This document shows, one piece after another, positions 20,056 to 29,207 of a stretch of DNA of 64,000 nucleotides. The stretch's first letter is position 1; every line of letters begins with the position of its first letter. The stretch lies in contig CBDIIB010000004.1 in NCBI GenBank assembly GCA_965279525.1, positions 1 through 64,000 on the forward strand. Reading direction: 5' to 3'. Source of the stretch: Tagaea sp. (lineage in GTDB: Bacteria > Pseudomonadota > Alphaproteobacteria > CACIAM-22H2). The position numbers were made by a program, and so were the translations under genes. The notes beneath the pieces are model-generated. The model was not told the DNA's origin. It made no database searches and saw only the letters and a list, made by a program, of their open reading frames with translations.

Positions 20056-20539
20056 TCTTGCGTGCCGGAACGCCGCCCCAGATCTCGTAGGGCGGCACCT
20101 CGCCATCGACCACGGCACCGGCGGCGATGACCGCGCCCTTGCCGATGCGCGCCCCGTCAAGGATCGTCGCGTTGGCGCCGATCCACACGTCGTCGCCGAT
20201 CACCACGCCGCCCTTCGAGGGTGCAAATCCCTGATGGCGGATGACCGTGTCGCGCCGGTCGAAGGCGTGGTTGGCCGGCACGATGGCAACATGCGGGCCG
20301 ACCAGCACGTAGTCGCCCAGCGTGATGCCGCTGCCGGAATAGAGCGTGCAGTGCGGATTGATGTAGCAGTGCGCGCCGATCTCGACATTGCCTTCGCCGC
20401 CCACGGCGCGGATCACGACGAAGTCGTAGACCTGCGAATGCGCGCCGATGCGGATCGTCGTGCCGCGCGTGGAAGGATGGATGCGCGCATCGGGCGAAAT
20501 GCTCGCCGTCGGATCGATCTCGAGCGCGCCGCCCGCCAT
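20039..20539 (-). CDS. Hexapeptide-repeat (LbH) acyltransferase
   Basis: VVIGDDVWIGANATILDGARIGKGAVIAAGAVV...IWGGVPARKI. Confidence 0.88.
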   Translation of the reverse strand: MAGGALEIDPTASISPDARIHPSTRGTTIRIGAHSQVYDFVVIRAVGGEGNVEIGAHCYINPHCTLYSGSGITLGDYVLVGPHVAIVPANHAFDRRDTVIRHQGFAPSKGGVVIGDDVWIGANATILDGARIGKGAVIAAGAVVDGEVPPYEIWGGVPARKIKARP

Positions 20540-21036
20540 CAGAAGGCCCGTTCGACCTTGGCGCCCATGCGCGCGTAGAGGAAGAACATCAGCTCCTCGA
20601 TCTGGCGGGCGTTGGGCTGGTCGAGCCAGGCATAGCCGTCGTAGCCGCGCTTGGGGCCGGTATCGAGATGGACGATGCGGTCGTAGCGCTTGACGATCTT
20701 CGTGGCCTTGACCAGTGCCGCGTCCCACGCGCGCGTGGAAACCGCGGCCCAGTGCCAGCGCATCCAGTCGGCCATCCATTCGACCGCGCAATGGTCGAAC
20801 ACGATGTCGCCCCCGGCCTTGGCGCTTCCGGCCTTCATCGTCTTGGCATGCTGGTCGAGCAGGTGCAGGCGAAGCTCGGTCTGCAGCTCGCGCGGCACTT
20901 CGTAGAGCGTCTGGAAGCCGCGCGCACGGACGAGTGCCTGCGAGGGATCGGCGATGACCTTGCCCCGGGCGCCGGCGAGTTTCTTCGCGCGCGCGGTGCG
21001 GTCGATCAGCGGGGAGGCGGCGATCGCGACGATCAT
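20539..21036 (-). CDS. Hypothetical protein, possibly a degenerate P-loop (NadR/AAA_28-like) fold
   Basis: Translationally coupled within the operon; MIVAIAASPLIDRTARAKKLA resembles a Walker A region without GKT. Confidence 0.55.
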   Translation of the reverse strand: MIVAIAASPLIDRTARAKKLAGARGKVIADPSQALVRARGFQTLYEVPRELQTELRLHLLDQHAKTMKAGSAKAGGDIVFDHCAVEWMADWMRWHWAAVSTRAWDAALVKATKIVKRYDRIVHLDTGPKRGYDGYAWLDQPNARQIEELMFFLYARMGAKVERAF

Positions 21037-21902
21037 GCCTTGCCTCCCTTGCGGCGCAGGAACCCGTCGGGCGACAGCGACATCAGGTATTTCTCCGGCA
21101 GGCGGCGGTCGATCTCGAACTCATCGTTCTCGGCCATGAACTGGCGCGCGGCGGCGAGCGGTCCTTCGTTGGGAACGGGATGGAAGCCCATCAGGTCGTT
21201 GAGCGTGTCCTCGACCACGTAGTAGCCGCCGGGCTTCACGAAGCGCGAATAGAGGCGCAGCTCCTTCAGCACGTGCTCCTTCTCGTGGTCGCTGTCGGCG
21301 ATGACCAGCACGCTCTTGCCCTTGCAGCGGCGCGCCACCTCGTCGAGCACTTCCTTGCTGCCGCTGTCGCCTTCGAGATACGTGATGCGGCCACCCTTCT
21401 TGGGCTTGTGCTTGAGGTTCTTTAGCGAGATGTCGACGCCCAGCACCTCGCCGTGGCCGATCAGGTCGAGCACGTGGGCGAAGAAGACCGAAGCGCCGCC
21501 GAACATCACGCCCAGTTCGAGCACGATGTCGGGCTTCTGGCGCCAGATCAGCTCCTGATAGGCCCAGCAATCGGCCGGCGACTTGATGATGTGATGGCCA
21601 AGCCAGGTCTGCTGCATCTCGGGGATGCCGTACTTGTAGGCCTGGTGGATGTAGTAATAATGATACTTCAGATATTCGCGCACCGTCATGTTCGCCACGC
21701 GCTCGACATTCGTCTGGCTGGCGAACAGCGAGGCGATGCCCGCGATGTGCGGATTGGAATAGAGCAGCTTGGGCGCCACGTTTTCCTTGGCGCAGAAAGC
21801 GGCGCGGGCCTCGTGGCCGTCGTCCATCTTCTTCGCGACGAGGAACGCGACATAGGCCTTCGCGATCGCATGGTCGCTGGCGTGGTCGAGATCGTACTTC
21901 AT
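21033..21902 (-). CDS. CmcI / cephalosporin-hydroxylase-family (sugar O-)methyltransferase
   Basis: WLGHHIIKSPADCWAYQELIWRQKPDIVLELGVMFGG, VIADSDH.KEHV.KEL and YYVVEDT. Confidence 0.82.
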   Translation of the reverse strand: MKYDLDHASDHAIAKAYVAFLVAKKMDDGHEARAAFCAKENVAPKLLYSNPHIAGIASLFASQTNVERVANMTVREYLKYHYYYIHQAYKYGIPEMQQTWLGHHIIKSPADCWAYQELIWRQKPDIVLELGVMFGGASVFFAHVLDLIGHGEVLGVDISLKNLKHKPKKGGRITYLEGDSGSKEVLDEVARRCKGKSVLVIADSDHEKEHVLKELRLYSRFVKPGGYYVVEDTLNDLMGFHPVPNEGPLAAARQFMAENDEFEIDRRLPEKYLMSLSPDGFLRRKGGKA

Positions 21903-22774
21903 GCAGTCCCCTTCATCCGCTGGCAGGCGCGAACCATGCCGGCAAGAAACTTGTCGAGATCGCCGTCCTGCGGGCCGTCGGCGCTGGCATAGTCGAGCGC
22001 CGGCGGGGCAGGGGAATCGCCGGCCGGAACCGCCACCTCGGGCGTGAAACCCAGGATCGGGGCGGCGACGGCGGCGACTCGCGCGGCGAAATCGCGCACC
22101 GACAGGGTATCGCGCCCGGCGACATTTCGCACACGTCGTGCGTCCGGCGGCTCGGCAAGGCGTGCGGCGACCGCCCGGCCCACGCCGGTCGCGGCGACGA
22201 AATTGCGGGTCTGGCGGCCGGGCGTTTTCAGTTCGATCCGGCCATCGTCCACGGCGGCTTTGGGAAAGCCGAACGGGATCAGTGCCCAGCGCGTGAAATG
22301 CGCGAGGTCCTTCGGCATCCCGTAGACATTGCACGGCCGCAGGATGTCGCAGGCCATGCCGGCACCTGCCGCGATGCGCTCGCTTTCCAGATGCAGGCGC
22401 GCATAGTCGCCGCGCGGATCAGGCGGGCTCGTCTCGCCAATGCGCCCTTCGAGCGGGCCATAGACATGGGCGCTGGAGATGTAGACGAACCGGGCCACAC
22501 CTTGCGCCACCGCGCGCGCGGCGAGCGCCTGCAGCCCTTCACCGGCGATCGTGGCGGCGTGCCGGTCGCGGGCACTTTCCTCGGTGATGCCGGCGGCATG
22601 GACGAGCGCATCCACGCCTTCCAGCTCCAGCCATTCGGCCCCCTTGGGCCGCGTCAGGTCGTATTCGCCGCGCCCGATGGGGCGCACGCCGTGGCCGGCC
22701 GCCACCAGCGCTTCGAGAATGCCGCGCCCGACCACGCCGGTCGCACCGGTCAGCGCCACCAGAAGCTTCTTCAC
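21899..22774 (-). CDS. NAD-dependent epimerase/reductase (extended SDR, nucleotide-sugar)
   Basis: LTGATGVVG, YISSAHVYG and LRPCNVYG; the YxxxK motif appears as YARLH. Confidence 0.8.
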   Translation of the reverse strand: MKKLLVALTGATGVVGRGILEALVAAGHGVRPIGRGEYDLTRPKGAEWLELEGVDALVHAAGITEESARDRHAATIAGEGLQALAARAVAQGVARFVYISSAHVYGPLEGRIGETSPPDPRGDYARLHLESERIAAGAGMACDILRPCNVYGMPKDLAHFTRWALIPFGFPKAAVDDGRIELKTPGRQTRNFVAATGVGRAVAARLAEPPDARRVRNVAGRDTLSVRDFAARVAAVAAPILGFTPEVAVPAGDSPAPPALDYASADGPQDGDLDKFLAGMVRACQRMKGTA

Positions 22775-23334
22775 CAGTCGATCCCGGCGACAAACGGCGT
22801 TTCGAACGTGGCGAAGGCGGGATGGCGCGCGTCGCGCTCGCTCAAGATCGGTTCGCGCGTGGGCCAGGGTATGGCCAGCGTGGGATCGTTCCACGCAAGG
22901 CCGCCTTCGGCCGCCGGTTCGTAGGCCGCGTCGACCTTGTAGACGAACAGCGTGTCGTCGGTGAGCGTGCAGTAGCCGTGCGCGAAGCCCTTGGGGATGA
23001 CGATCCAGCGCGGCGCATCGGCGTTGAGCACGTGGGAATCCCACTGGCCGTAGGTGGGCGAGCCGTTGCGCAGGTCGACGAACACGTCGAGCACGGCACC
23101 GGCCGCACAGCGCACGATCTTGGTCTCGGCATGCGGCGGGCGCTGGAAATGCAGGCCGCGCACGGTGTTCTTGGCGCGGGTGAAGGCCTCGTTCTCCTGC
23201 TCGAAGGCGACGGGCAGGCCGTGGGCGGCCCAGATGTCGGCATCGAACAGGCGGCCGAAATGGCCGCGCGCGTCGCGCCGGACCGACAGTTCGATCTCGT
23301 AGGTTCCCTCGAGCTTCAGCGGGCGGACGATCAT
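22771..23334 (-). CDS. rfbC: dTDP-4-dehydrorhamnose 3,5-epimerase
   Basis: DARGHF, TVRGLHFQ.PPHAETKIVRC..G.VLDVFVDLR.GSPTYGQW and IPKGFAHGY. Confidence 0.9.
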   Translation of the reverse strand: MIVRPLKLEGTYEIELSVRRDARGHFGRLFDADIWAAHGLPVAFEQENEAFTRAKNTVRGLHFQRPPHAETKIVRCAAGAVLDVFVDLRNGSPTYGQWDSHVLNADAPRWIVIPKGFAHGYCTLTDDTLFVYKVDAAYEPAAEGGLAWNDPTLAIPWPTREPILSERDARHPAFATFETPFVAGIDW

Positions 23335-24050
23335 GGCGGCTTGACGATGATCCCCTGTCCGGTCGGCAGGCCCATCACGCGCAGGCCGCGCTCGGCCGCG
23401 AAGGCGTCGAAGGCGCGCTTCTGGTGGATGTGGCCCATCCAGTTGTAATCGTCGAGCAGCACGATGCCGCCGGGCGAGATCTTGGGCCAGAAGTGCGTCG
23501 CGGCCGCGATCTCGGGCAGCGCCATGTTCATGTCGATCGACAGATACGCGACGCGTTCGGCCGTGACTTGCGCGAGCGTGTCGGGAACGGGACCCGGCAC
23601 GATGCGCACGTTGGGCCAGTCGCGGAACTTCGCCTTGATCTCGGAAAGCGTGTCCTGGTTGCGGTACTGCTGGTTGTAGGCCTGCAGGCCGAGGGCCCGC
23701 TCGCCTTCCGAAAGCTGGTCTTCGGGCAGCCCGTCGAACGTGTCGAGCAGCCACATCGTGCGGTCGGCGCGCTTGGCGAAACCGGTCCAGTGCCCGATCG
23801 TGCCGGAGAGTATCCCGGTATGCACGCCGCATTCGACGAAGTCGCCCGGCACTAGCAGCGCCTGCTCTGCCGCCCAGATCGCGATCCACGCGCGCCATTC
23901 GACATGCAGCTCGAGCCGGCGCAACGCGCCGACCTGCATGCCGAAACGGTAGGCATTCTGGAAACGCGGATCGGCGAGGAATTCGCAATTGTGGAAGGTC
24001 GCAAGCCCGTCGGCGTTATATTGCGGTAGGTTCGAATCGGTCACCGACAT
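23331..24050 (-). CDS. TylF/MycF/NovP-family sugar O-methyltransferase
   Basis: VPGDFVECGVHTG, LLDTFDGLP, YLSIDMN and GGIVLLDDY. Confidence 0.85.
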   Translation of the reverse strand: MSVTDSNLPQYNADGLATFHNCEFLADPRFQNAYRFGMQVGALRRLELHVEWRAWIAIWAAEQALLVPGDFVECGVHTGILSGTIGHWTGFAKRADRTMWLLDTFDGLPEDQLSEGERALGLQAYNQQYRNQDTLSEIKAKFRDWPNVRIVPGPVPDTLAQVTAERVAYLSIDMNMALPEIAAATHFWPKISPGGIVLLDDYNWMGHIHQKRAFDAFAAERGLRVMGLPTGQGIIVKPP

Positions 24051-24143
24051 TGCTCCCCAGCGCAGAATCGCAATGGGGCGAGGGTGCGCTGGCATCGGAT
24101 CGAAATCAAGCCGCTCGCGGGCGGCGTCATACTTCGAGGTGCG

Positions 24144-24851
24144 ATGCCCGGCGAAATCATCCTGCTGACCGGCGAACGCGAGGGCCCGTATCTGGCCGAG
24201 CATCTGAAGATCCATGCGCCGGACCTGCGCGTGATCCATGTCGCGACGCGCGAAGCGCTCGACGCGGCGTTTATCGAGAAGGTCCGCCGCCGGCGGCTGA
24301 TCGCGTTCACGACCAATGTGGTCGTGCCGGGCCGCCACATCGCGGCGTGCGAATGCGGTGCCTACAATTTCCATCCCGGCCCGCCGAGCTATCCGGGCGT
24401 CTATCCGGAAAGCTTCGCCGTGTGGGAAGGGGCGACACGCTTCGGCGCCACCGCGCACGCGATGGTCAAGCAGGTGGATGCGGGCGGCATCGTCGCGACC
24501 GAATGGTTCGACATCGACGTCGCGTGGGGCCGCATGAAGGTGGCGACGCTCGCCTTCCAGGCGCTCGTGCGCGTGTTCACGGGGCTGGCGGCGCACCTGG
24601 CGAAGGATGACGCGCCGCTCCCCGCGACGGGCGAGGCTTGGACCGGGCCGACGCGCCTGCGTGCCGAATTCGAGAAGTTCTGCGCGATCCCGCCCGACAT
24701 CTCGGCGGAAGAATACCGCCGCCGCTTCCGCGCCTTCGGCGAAGGTCCGTTCAAGGATCTCAACACGACGATCCACGGGCACCGCTACGTGCTGGAGACG
24801 CCGTGGACGGAAGCGGATCTGGCGAAGGAGATGGGGAACCCCTCACCCTAA
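24144..24851 (+). CDS. Formyltransferase-family protein
   Basis: YNFHPGPPSYPG, FGATAH.M...VDAG.I (N10-formyl-THF binding motifs). Confidence 0.8.
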   Translation: MPGEIILLTGEREGPYLAEHLKIHAPDLRVIHVATREALDAAFIEKVRRRRLIAFTTNVVVPGRHIAACECGAYNFHPGPPSYPGVYPESFAVWEGATRFGATAHAMVKQVDAGGIVATEWFDIDVAWGRMKVATLAFQALVRVFTGLAAHLAKDDAPLPATGEAWTGPTRLRAEFEKFCAIPPDISAEEYRRRFRAFGEGPFKDLNTTIHGHRYVLETPWTEADLAKEMGNPSP

Positions 24852-24929
24852 CCCTCTCCCGCAAGCGGGAGAGGGGACAAGACTGGTGCGATCCCCTCTC
24901 CCCTCCGGGGAGAGGGCTAGGGTGAGGGG
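24839..24929. repeat. Alphaproteobacterial REP/RIME-like palindromic element
   Basis: cccctcaccctaaccctctccc-gcaagc-gggagagggga ... tcccctctccc-ctccg-gggagagggctagggtgagggg: two hairpins inside terminal inverted repeats. Confidence 0.8.
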
Positions 24930-25301
24930 TACTCAGTGGTTGAAATTTTTATTTCCTATGATAGGATCATTCGCATCTGCCGGACTATCGGCGGTGCGCT
25001 CTTTGAAAAGTAAATGTATGCGTGTAACGCGAAGTGCAGGACAGATTACAATCCTGCAACTTCAAAGGGATAAACAGGTTACGGTAACCTGTCGTCGCCT
25101 ATTGTTTTTGCTGCCGGCGCCTGTCGGGATTTTTCGCGGCCGGCCGCTTGGGATCGCGCAGCGGGCCGAAACCGTAGCCGGCAGCGACAAGGGCGAATGC
25201 CGGCGGGACCGGGGCAGGGGTGGCGTCGGGTGCTTCGGCCGCGCGCGTGAATGCCGGCGGCGGGGCCGCCAGCAGGGCACGCAGCAGGAGCGGGGATGCG
25301 G

Positions 25302-25793
25302 TCAGCATTTCTCGTCGAGCACGACCGCGGCATAGGTGAAGCCGGGCTTCTTCGTGTTGGGCTGCGGCTTGGCACCGGCGCGGTTGTAGCCGGCGGCGGC
25401 CGAGCGTTCGGAGTTCCACACGTCGGCGATCGCCTTCATGACGCCTTCGTTGACCTTGCGGGCCGACACGATGGCGCGTTCGTTGCGCACTGCCACTTCG
25501 TGGACGCGGTTGAGGGCGGCCTCGATCTCGGCCTGCACGACGGGCAGCGCCGCCTTGAGGGCCGCTGCGTTCTCGCGCAGCTGGCGCACGGCCAGCGCGT
25601 AGAGGCGCACGAGTTCCTTCTTCTCTTCGGCGAGCGCGCCGACTTCCTGCGTCTTCATGTCGATGAGCAGGGCGGTCTCGCGTTCGAGCAGGCCGACGAG
25701 TGCGATCGAAACCGTGACCAGCGCGTCGATCTGCGCGCGGCAGGTCGACGAGGGGACCACGTTGGCCTTCGACGCGTCAGAGAGCAGTGCCAT
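25302..25793 (-). CDS. FlgN-like flagellar chaperone
   Basis: Helical protein with LLERETALL and K..L...Y...NE motifs, directly after the flgI-flgJ pair. Confidence 0.6.
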   Translation of the reverse strand: MALLSDASKANVVPSSTCRAQIDALVTVSIALVGLLERETALLIDMKTQEVGALAEEKKELVRLYALAVRQLRENAAALKAALPVVQAEIEAALNRVHEVAVRNERAIVSARKVNEGVMKAIADVWNSERSAAAGYNRAGAKPQPNTKKPGFTYAAVVLDEKC

Positions 25794-26139
25794 TTGCCTT
25801 CTCCTGGATCTTGATGATTTCGCTGGCGATCGACGGGGCGAGCCCGATGCCGCCGGCCTTCGTGATGTTCTTGGCGTAGGCGTTGACGAGCATCGAGCGT
25901 GCGCTCTCCTCGCCCATGCCGCCGCCGGTGACGCCGTCGACGCCGACGGTGTTGAACATGTGGTTGAACATCTGCTCGAGGAACACGGTCTCGAATTCCT
26001 CGGCCGTCTTCTTCACCTTCGCCGGGTCGAGCTGCGTCGGGCTGCCCTGGCGCTTCAGCGCCTTCAGGCGGTTCTCCGACGCACCCTCGAGAGCCGAAGC
26101 GCGGGCGAGGTCGACGTTCATGGAGGAGGTGGCGTCCAT
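25777..26139 (-). CDS. flgJ: Rod-binding (FlgJ N-terminal-like) protein
   Basis: AEEFETVFLEQMFNHM...GGGMGEE...SML..AYA..I.KAGGIGLA. Confidence 0.75.
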   Translation of the reverse strand: MDATSSMNVDLARASALEGASENRLKALKRQGSPTQLDPAKVKKTAEEFETVFLEQMFNHMFNTVGVDGVTGGGMGEESARSMLVNAYAKNITKAGGIGLAPSIASEIIKIQEKANGTAL

Positions 26140-27284
26140 CAGAGCACCGAGATCTCGGCCTGGAGGGCGCCTGCCGCCTTGATCGCCTGCAGGATCGTGA
26201 TCATGTCGCGCGGCGTGATGCCCAGCGCGTTGAGGCCGTTGACCAGCTCCTGCAGCGTGACGCTGCCGGGGAGCACGGCCAGGCGCCGGCCGGTACCCTC
26301 GTCGACCTGGATGTCGGTGCGGTTGACCGTCGTGGTCGTGCCGGTGGTCGAGAAGGGGTTGGGCTGGCTCACCTGCGGCGTCTCGGTGATGCGGATCGTC
26401 AGGTTGCCCTGGGCGATCGCGACCGTGGAGATGCGCACGTTCTCGCCCATCACGATGGTGCCGGACTTCTCGTCGATGACGACGCGGGCCATCTGGTCGG
26501 GCGTGATCTGGAGCTGCTCGATGTCGGTGAGGAAGCCGACCATGTCGTTGCGGCGGTTCGGCGGCGGGATGACGATGAGGGTGCCCGGATCGCGCGGACG
26601 GGCCGAGGGGCCGCCGGCGAACGCGTTGATCGCCTGCGCCATGCGCCGGGCGGTCGTGAAGTCGGGATTGCGCAGCGTGATGTTGATCATCTCGAGCGAG
26701 GAGAGTTCGAACGACACCTCGCGTTCGACGATGGCGCCGTTGGCCACGCGACCGCCGGTCGGCGTGCCGCGGGTGACCGAAGCGCCCGCACCTGCGGCGG
26801 CGAAACCGGAGATCGCCACGGGGCCCTGGCCGACCGCGTAGACCTCGCCGTCGGCGCCGAGCAGCGGCGTGACCAGCAGCGTGCCGCCCATCAGGTTGGT
26901 GGCGTCGCCCATCGCGCCGATGTTGATGTCCATCCGCGTGCCCGTCCGCGCGAAGGCGGGGAGCGTGGCGGTGACCATCACGGCGGCGACGTTCTTGGTG
27001 CGAAGGGTGTTCGAGATGTCGCGGGTGTTGACGCCCATCCGCTCGAGCATGCCGATGACCGACTGCTGGGTGAACGGCGAGTTGTTGATCGTGTCGCCCG
27101 TTCCGTTCAGCCCGACCACCAGGCCGTAGCCGACCAGCATGTTCTGGCGGACGCCTTCGAAGTCGGCGATGTCCTTGATGCGGACCCGGCCTTGCGCGTG
27201 CGCATCGCCGGTCGCGAAGAGGGCGCCTGTCGCCAGCATTGCGGCAACGAGTGCGGTAAGGAGGGTTTTGGTTCGGCTCGCCAT
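26139..27284 (-). CDS. flgI: Flagellar P-ring protein FlgI
   Basis: RIKDIADFEGVRQNMLVGYGLVVGLNGTGD and C-terminal ILQAIKAAGALQAEI. Confidence 0.95.
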   Translation of the reverse strand: MASRTKTLLTALVAAMLATGALFATGDAHAQGRVRIKDIADFEGVRQNMLVGYGLVVGLNGTGDTINNSPFTQQSVIGMLERMGVNTRDISNTLRTKNVAAVMVTATLPAFARTGTRMDINIGAMGDATNLMGGTLLVTPLLGADGEVYAVGQGPVAISGFAAAGAGASVTRGTPTGGRVANGAIVEREVSFELSSLEMINITLRNPDFTTARRMAQAINAFAGGPSARPRDPGTLIVIPPPNRRNDMVGFLTDIEQLQITPDQMARVVIDEKSGTIVMGENVRISTVAIAQGNLTIRITETPQVSQPNPFSTTGTTTTVNRTDIQVDEGTGRRLAVLPGSVTLQELVNGLNALGITPRDMITILQAIKAAGALQAEISVL

Positions 27285-27326
27285 GATCTTTCTTTCCGCC
27301 CGTGGTTCGGGTTCCGGGACAGGCTT

Positions 27327-27433
27327 TGCGAGTCCCGTGCCATGACCCACAACGTTGATTTAACTGGATTTATGCCCGGTAAAAGGGGCCTAGCCCGGCA
27401 TGTTCGACCGGTCTTGCCCGGCAGAAATTGCCG
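27327..27433 (-). promoter_or_regulatory. Sigma-54 promoter of flgI plus ftr site
   Basis: Minus strand TGGCACGGGACTCGCA at 27342-27327; ftr-type CCCGGCAGAAATTGCCG at 27417-27433. Confidence 0.65.
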
Positions 27434-27508
27434 ATTGCGCAAATATCCGGTCGACCGCATCTTGAAGCTGTACCCGGCACATCGCGCGCCGGGATGGGAG
27501 CGATTGCC

Positions 27509-27937
27509 ATGAAGATCGGCGAGACGGGCGGTCCGCGATCGGTCGGCGGGACACGCGGTACCGGACGGACAGGCGGCACCAAGGGCAGCGATTTCGCCAA
27601 GCTCCTGGACGAGGCCGGCAAGGGTGCCGACGCGGTCGGCGCGGCTGCGCCCGCACATGCCGTGGGCGCCATTTTCGGTGCCCAGGAGGTCGAGGATTCG
27701 ACCCAGAGCCCCTCCAACGGCCGCGCCAGGCAGCGCGCCAACGACATGCTCGACAAGCTCGATGCCCTGCGCGCGGGGCTGCTTTCCGGCACGATGTCGC
27801 GCGGCGCCCTGATGGATCTCGCCCAGATGGTCCGGGCCAAGCCCGAAGCCGGCGCCGATCCGAGGCTCAAGGAAATCCTCGGCGAAATCGAGCTCCGGGC
27901 GGCGGTCGAGCTCGCCAAGCTCGACATGACGCGCTGA
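27509..27937 (+). CDS. fliX: Flagellar trans-acting factor FliX
   Basis: LDKLDALRAGLL.G...DPRLKEILGEIELRAAVELAKL; divergent from flgI as in Caulobacter. Confidence 0.88.
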   Translation: MKIGETGGPRSVGGTRGTGRTGGTKGSDFAKLLDEAGKGADAVGAAAPAHAVGAIFGAQEVEDSTQSPSNGRARQRANDMLDKLDALRAGLLSGTMSRGALMDLAQMVRAKPEAGADPRLKEILGEIELRAAVELAKLDMTR

Positions 27938-28112
27938 CCTTCAAATTTGATGTGAAATTTTCCGCGCGGCGCGCTATTTGCTCCCGCGAACGGACGGGTG
28001 GGTCGGCCTGCCCCGAGTCGTCCTTGCATAACCCTTGGCTATTCCGGTAAAAGCCGTGCCGAAACAAAAGAATAAACCGTCCAGTCCTTCCGGCCCCTCG
28101 AACGAGGAAGCG

Positions 28113-28532
28113 ATGTCGATCCCGTTGTTGCCGCCGGATTACCGGCCTACCGAAAACGAAGAGTTCATGAATCCGCTGATGCGGGAGTATTTCCGCCAGA
28201 AGCTGCTTGGCTGGCGGGCGGACCTGCTTAAGGATTCCTCGGAAACCCTCCAGCATCTCCAGGAAGAAACGGTCCCCGAGGCCGACGTCACCGACCGGGC
28301 CTCGACCGAAACGGACCGGTTCACCGAGCTGCGCACCCGCGATCGCGAGCGCAAGCTGATCGGCAAGATCGATTCGGCCCTGCGCCGGATCGACGACGGG
28401 ACCTACGGCTATTGCGAAGAGACGGGCGAACCGATCGGCATCAAGCGCCTCGATGCGCGTCCGATCGCCACGCTGTCGATCGAGGCGCAGGAGCGCCACG
28501 AGCGCATGGAGCGCATGCAGCGCGAAGACTGA
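28113..28532 (+). CDS. dksA: RNA polymerase-binding protein DksA
   Basis: YRP.E.EEFMN...EYFRQKL, DRASTETD..ELRTRDRERKLI.KID and YGYCEETGEPI. Confidence 0.93.
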   Translation: MSIPLLPPDYRPTENEEFMNPLMREYFRQKLLGWRADLLKDSSETLQHLQEETVPEADVTDRASTETDRFTELRTRDRERKLIGKIDSALRRIDDGTYGYCEETGEPIGIKRLDARPIATLSIEAQERHERMERMQRED

Positions 28533-28566
28533 GATTGACGGGGGCGGGGCGCCGCCCGCCCGGGCT

Positions 28567-29049
28567 TCAGGCCCGGGCGAGAGCGGCGGGTTCGCCGGTC
28601 GGCAGGCACGGGATATAGGCCCCGTCCTTGGGCGACCTGACGACGATCGTCGTCTGCGTGCCGGTCACGCCCGGGATCGGGCGGATCTGCGACGAAACGA
28701 ATTCCTCGAGATGGCGCTGGTCGCGCGCCCGGACCTTCAGCATGAAGCTCCAGGTTCCCTCGACCTGATGGCATTCCTGTACCTCGGGGATTTCCCCGAT
28801 GGCTGCCGCAAACCCGCCGGCGCTGTCCGGCCGGTCGATCGCGACGGCCACCATCGCCATCACGGGATAGCCCAGGCGGTCGGGATCGAGGCGGACATGC
28901 CAGCCGCGGACGATGCCGGCGGCGACAAGCTTCTTGACCCGTTCGTTGGTTGCGGAAATCGAAAGGCCGATTTTGCGGCCGAGTTCGGCAAGGGATGCGC
29001 GGGCATCTTCCTGCAGCGCCTCGAGGAGGGCGTAATCTGTTCTGTCCAT
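28567..29049 (-). CDS. Lrp/AsnC transcriptional regulator
   Basis: MDRTDYALLEALQEDARAS.AELG.KIGLS....ERVKKL and PEVQECHQVEG. Confidence 0.9.
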   Translation of the reverse strand: MDRTDYALLEALQEDARASLAELGRKIGLSISATNERVKKLVAAGIVRGWHVRLDPDRLGYPVMAMVAVAIDRPDSAGGFAAAIGEIPEVQECHQVEGTWSFMLKVRARDQRHLEEFVSSQIRPIPGVTGTQTTIVVRSPKDGAYIPCLPTGEPAALARA

Positions 29050-29207
29050 AACGCAATATTTTGCGAAGCAAATTGCAAATGTCAAACGATTATAATATGT
29101 AGTACCCAGCAGCTAAATATTTACCATAACTTGTGTGTTTCCTCTCAGAAGTGAAAACCCCCCGCCGTTGCCGGCGAGGGGTTCTCTGGTACCGCATTCC
29201 GATGCGG

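Noticed and set aside
28113-28532. DksA lacking the four-Cys zinc finger
   Set aside because: The one-Cys form (CEETGEPI) is normal in alphaproteobacteria.
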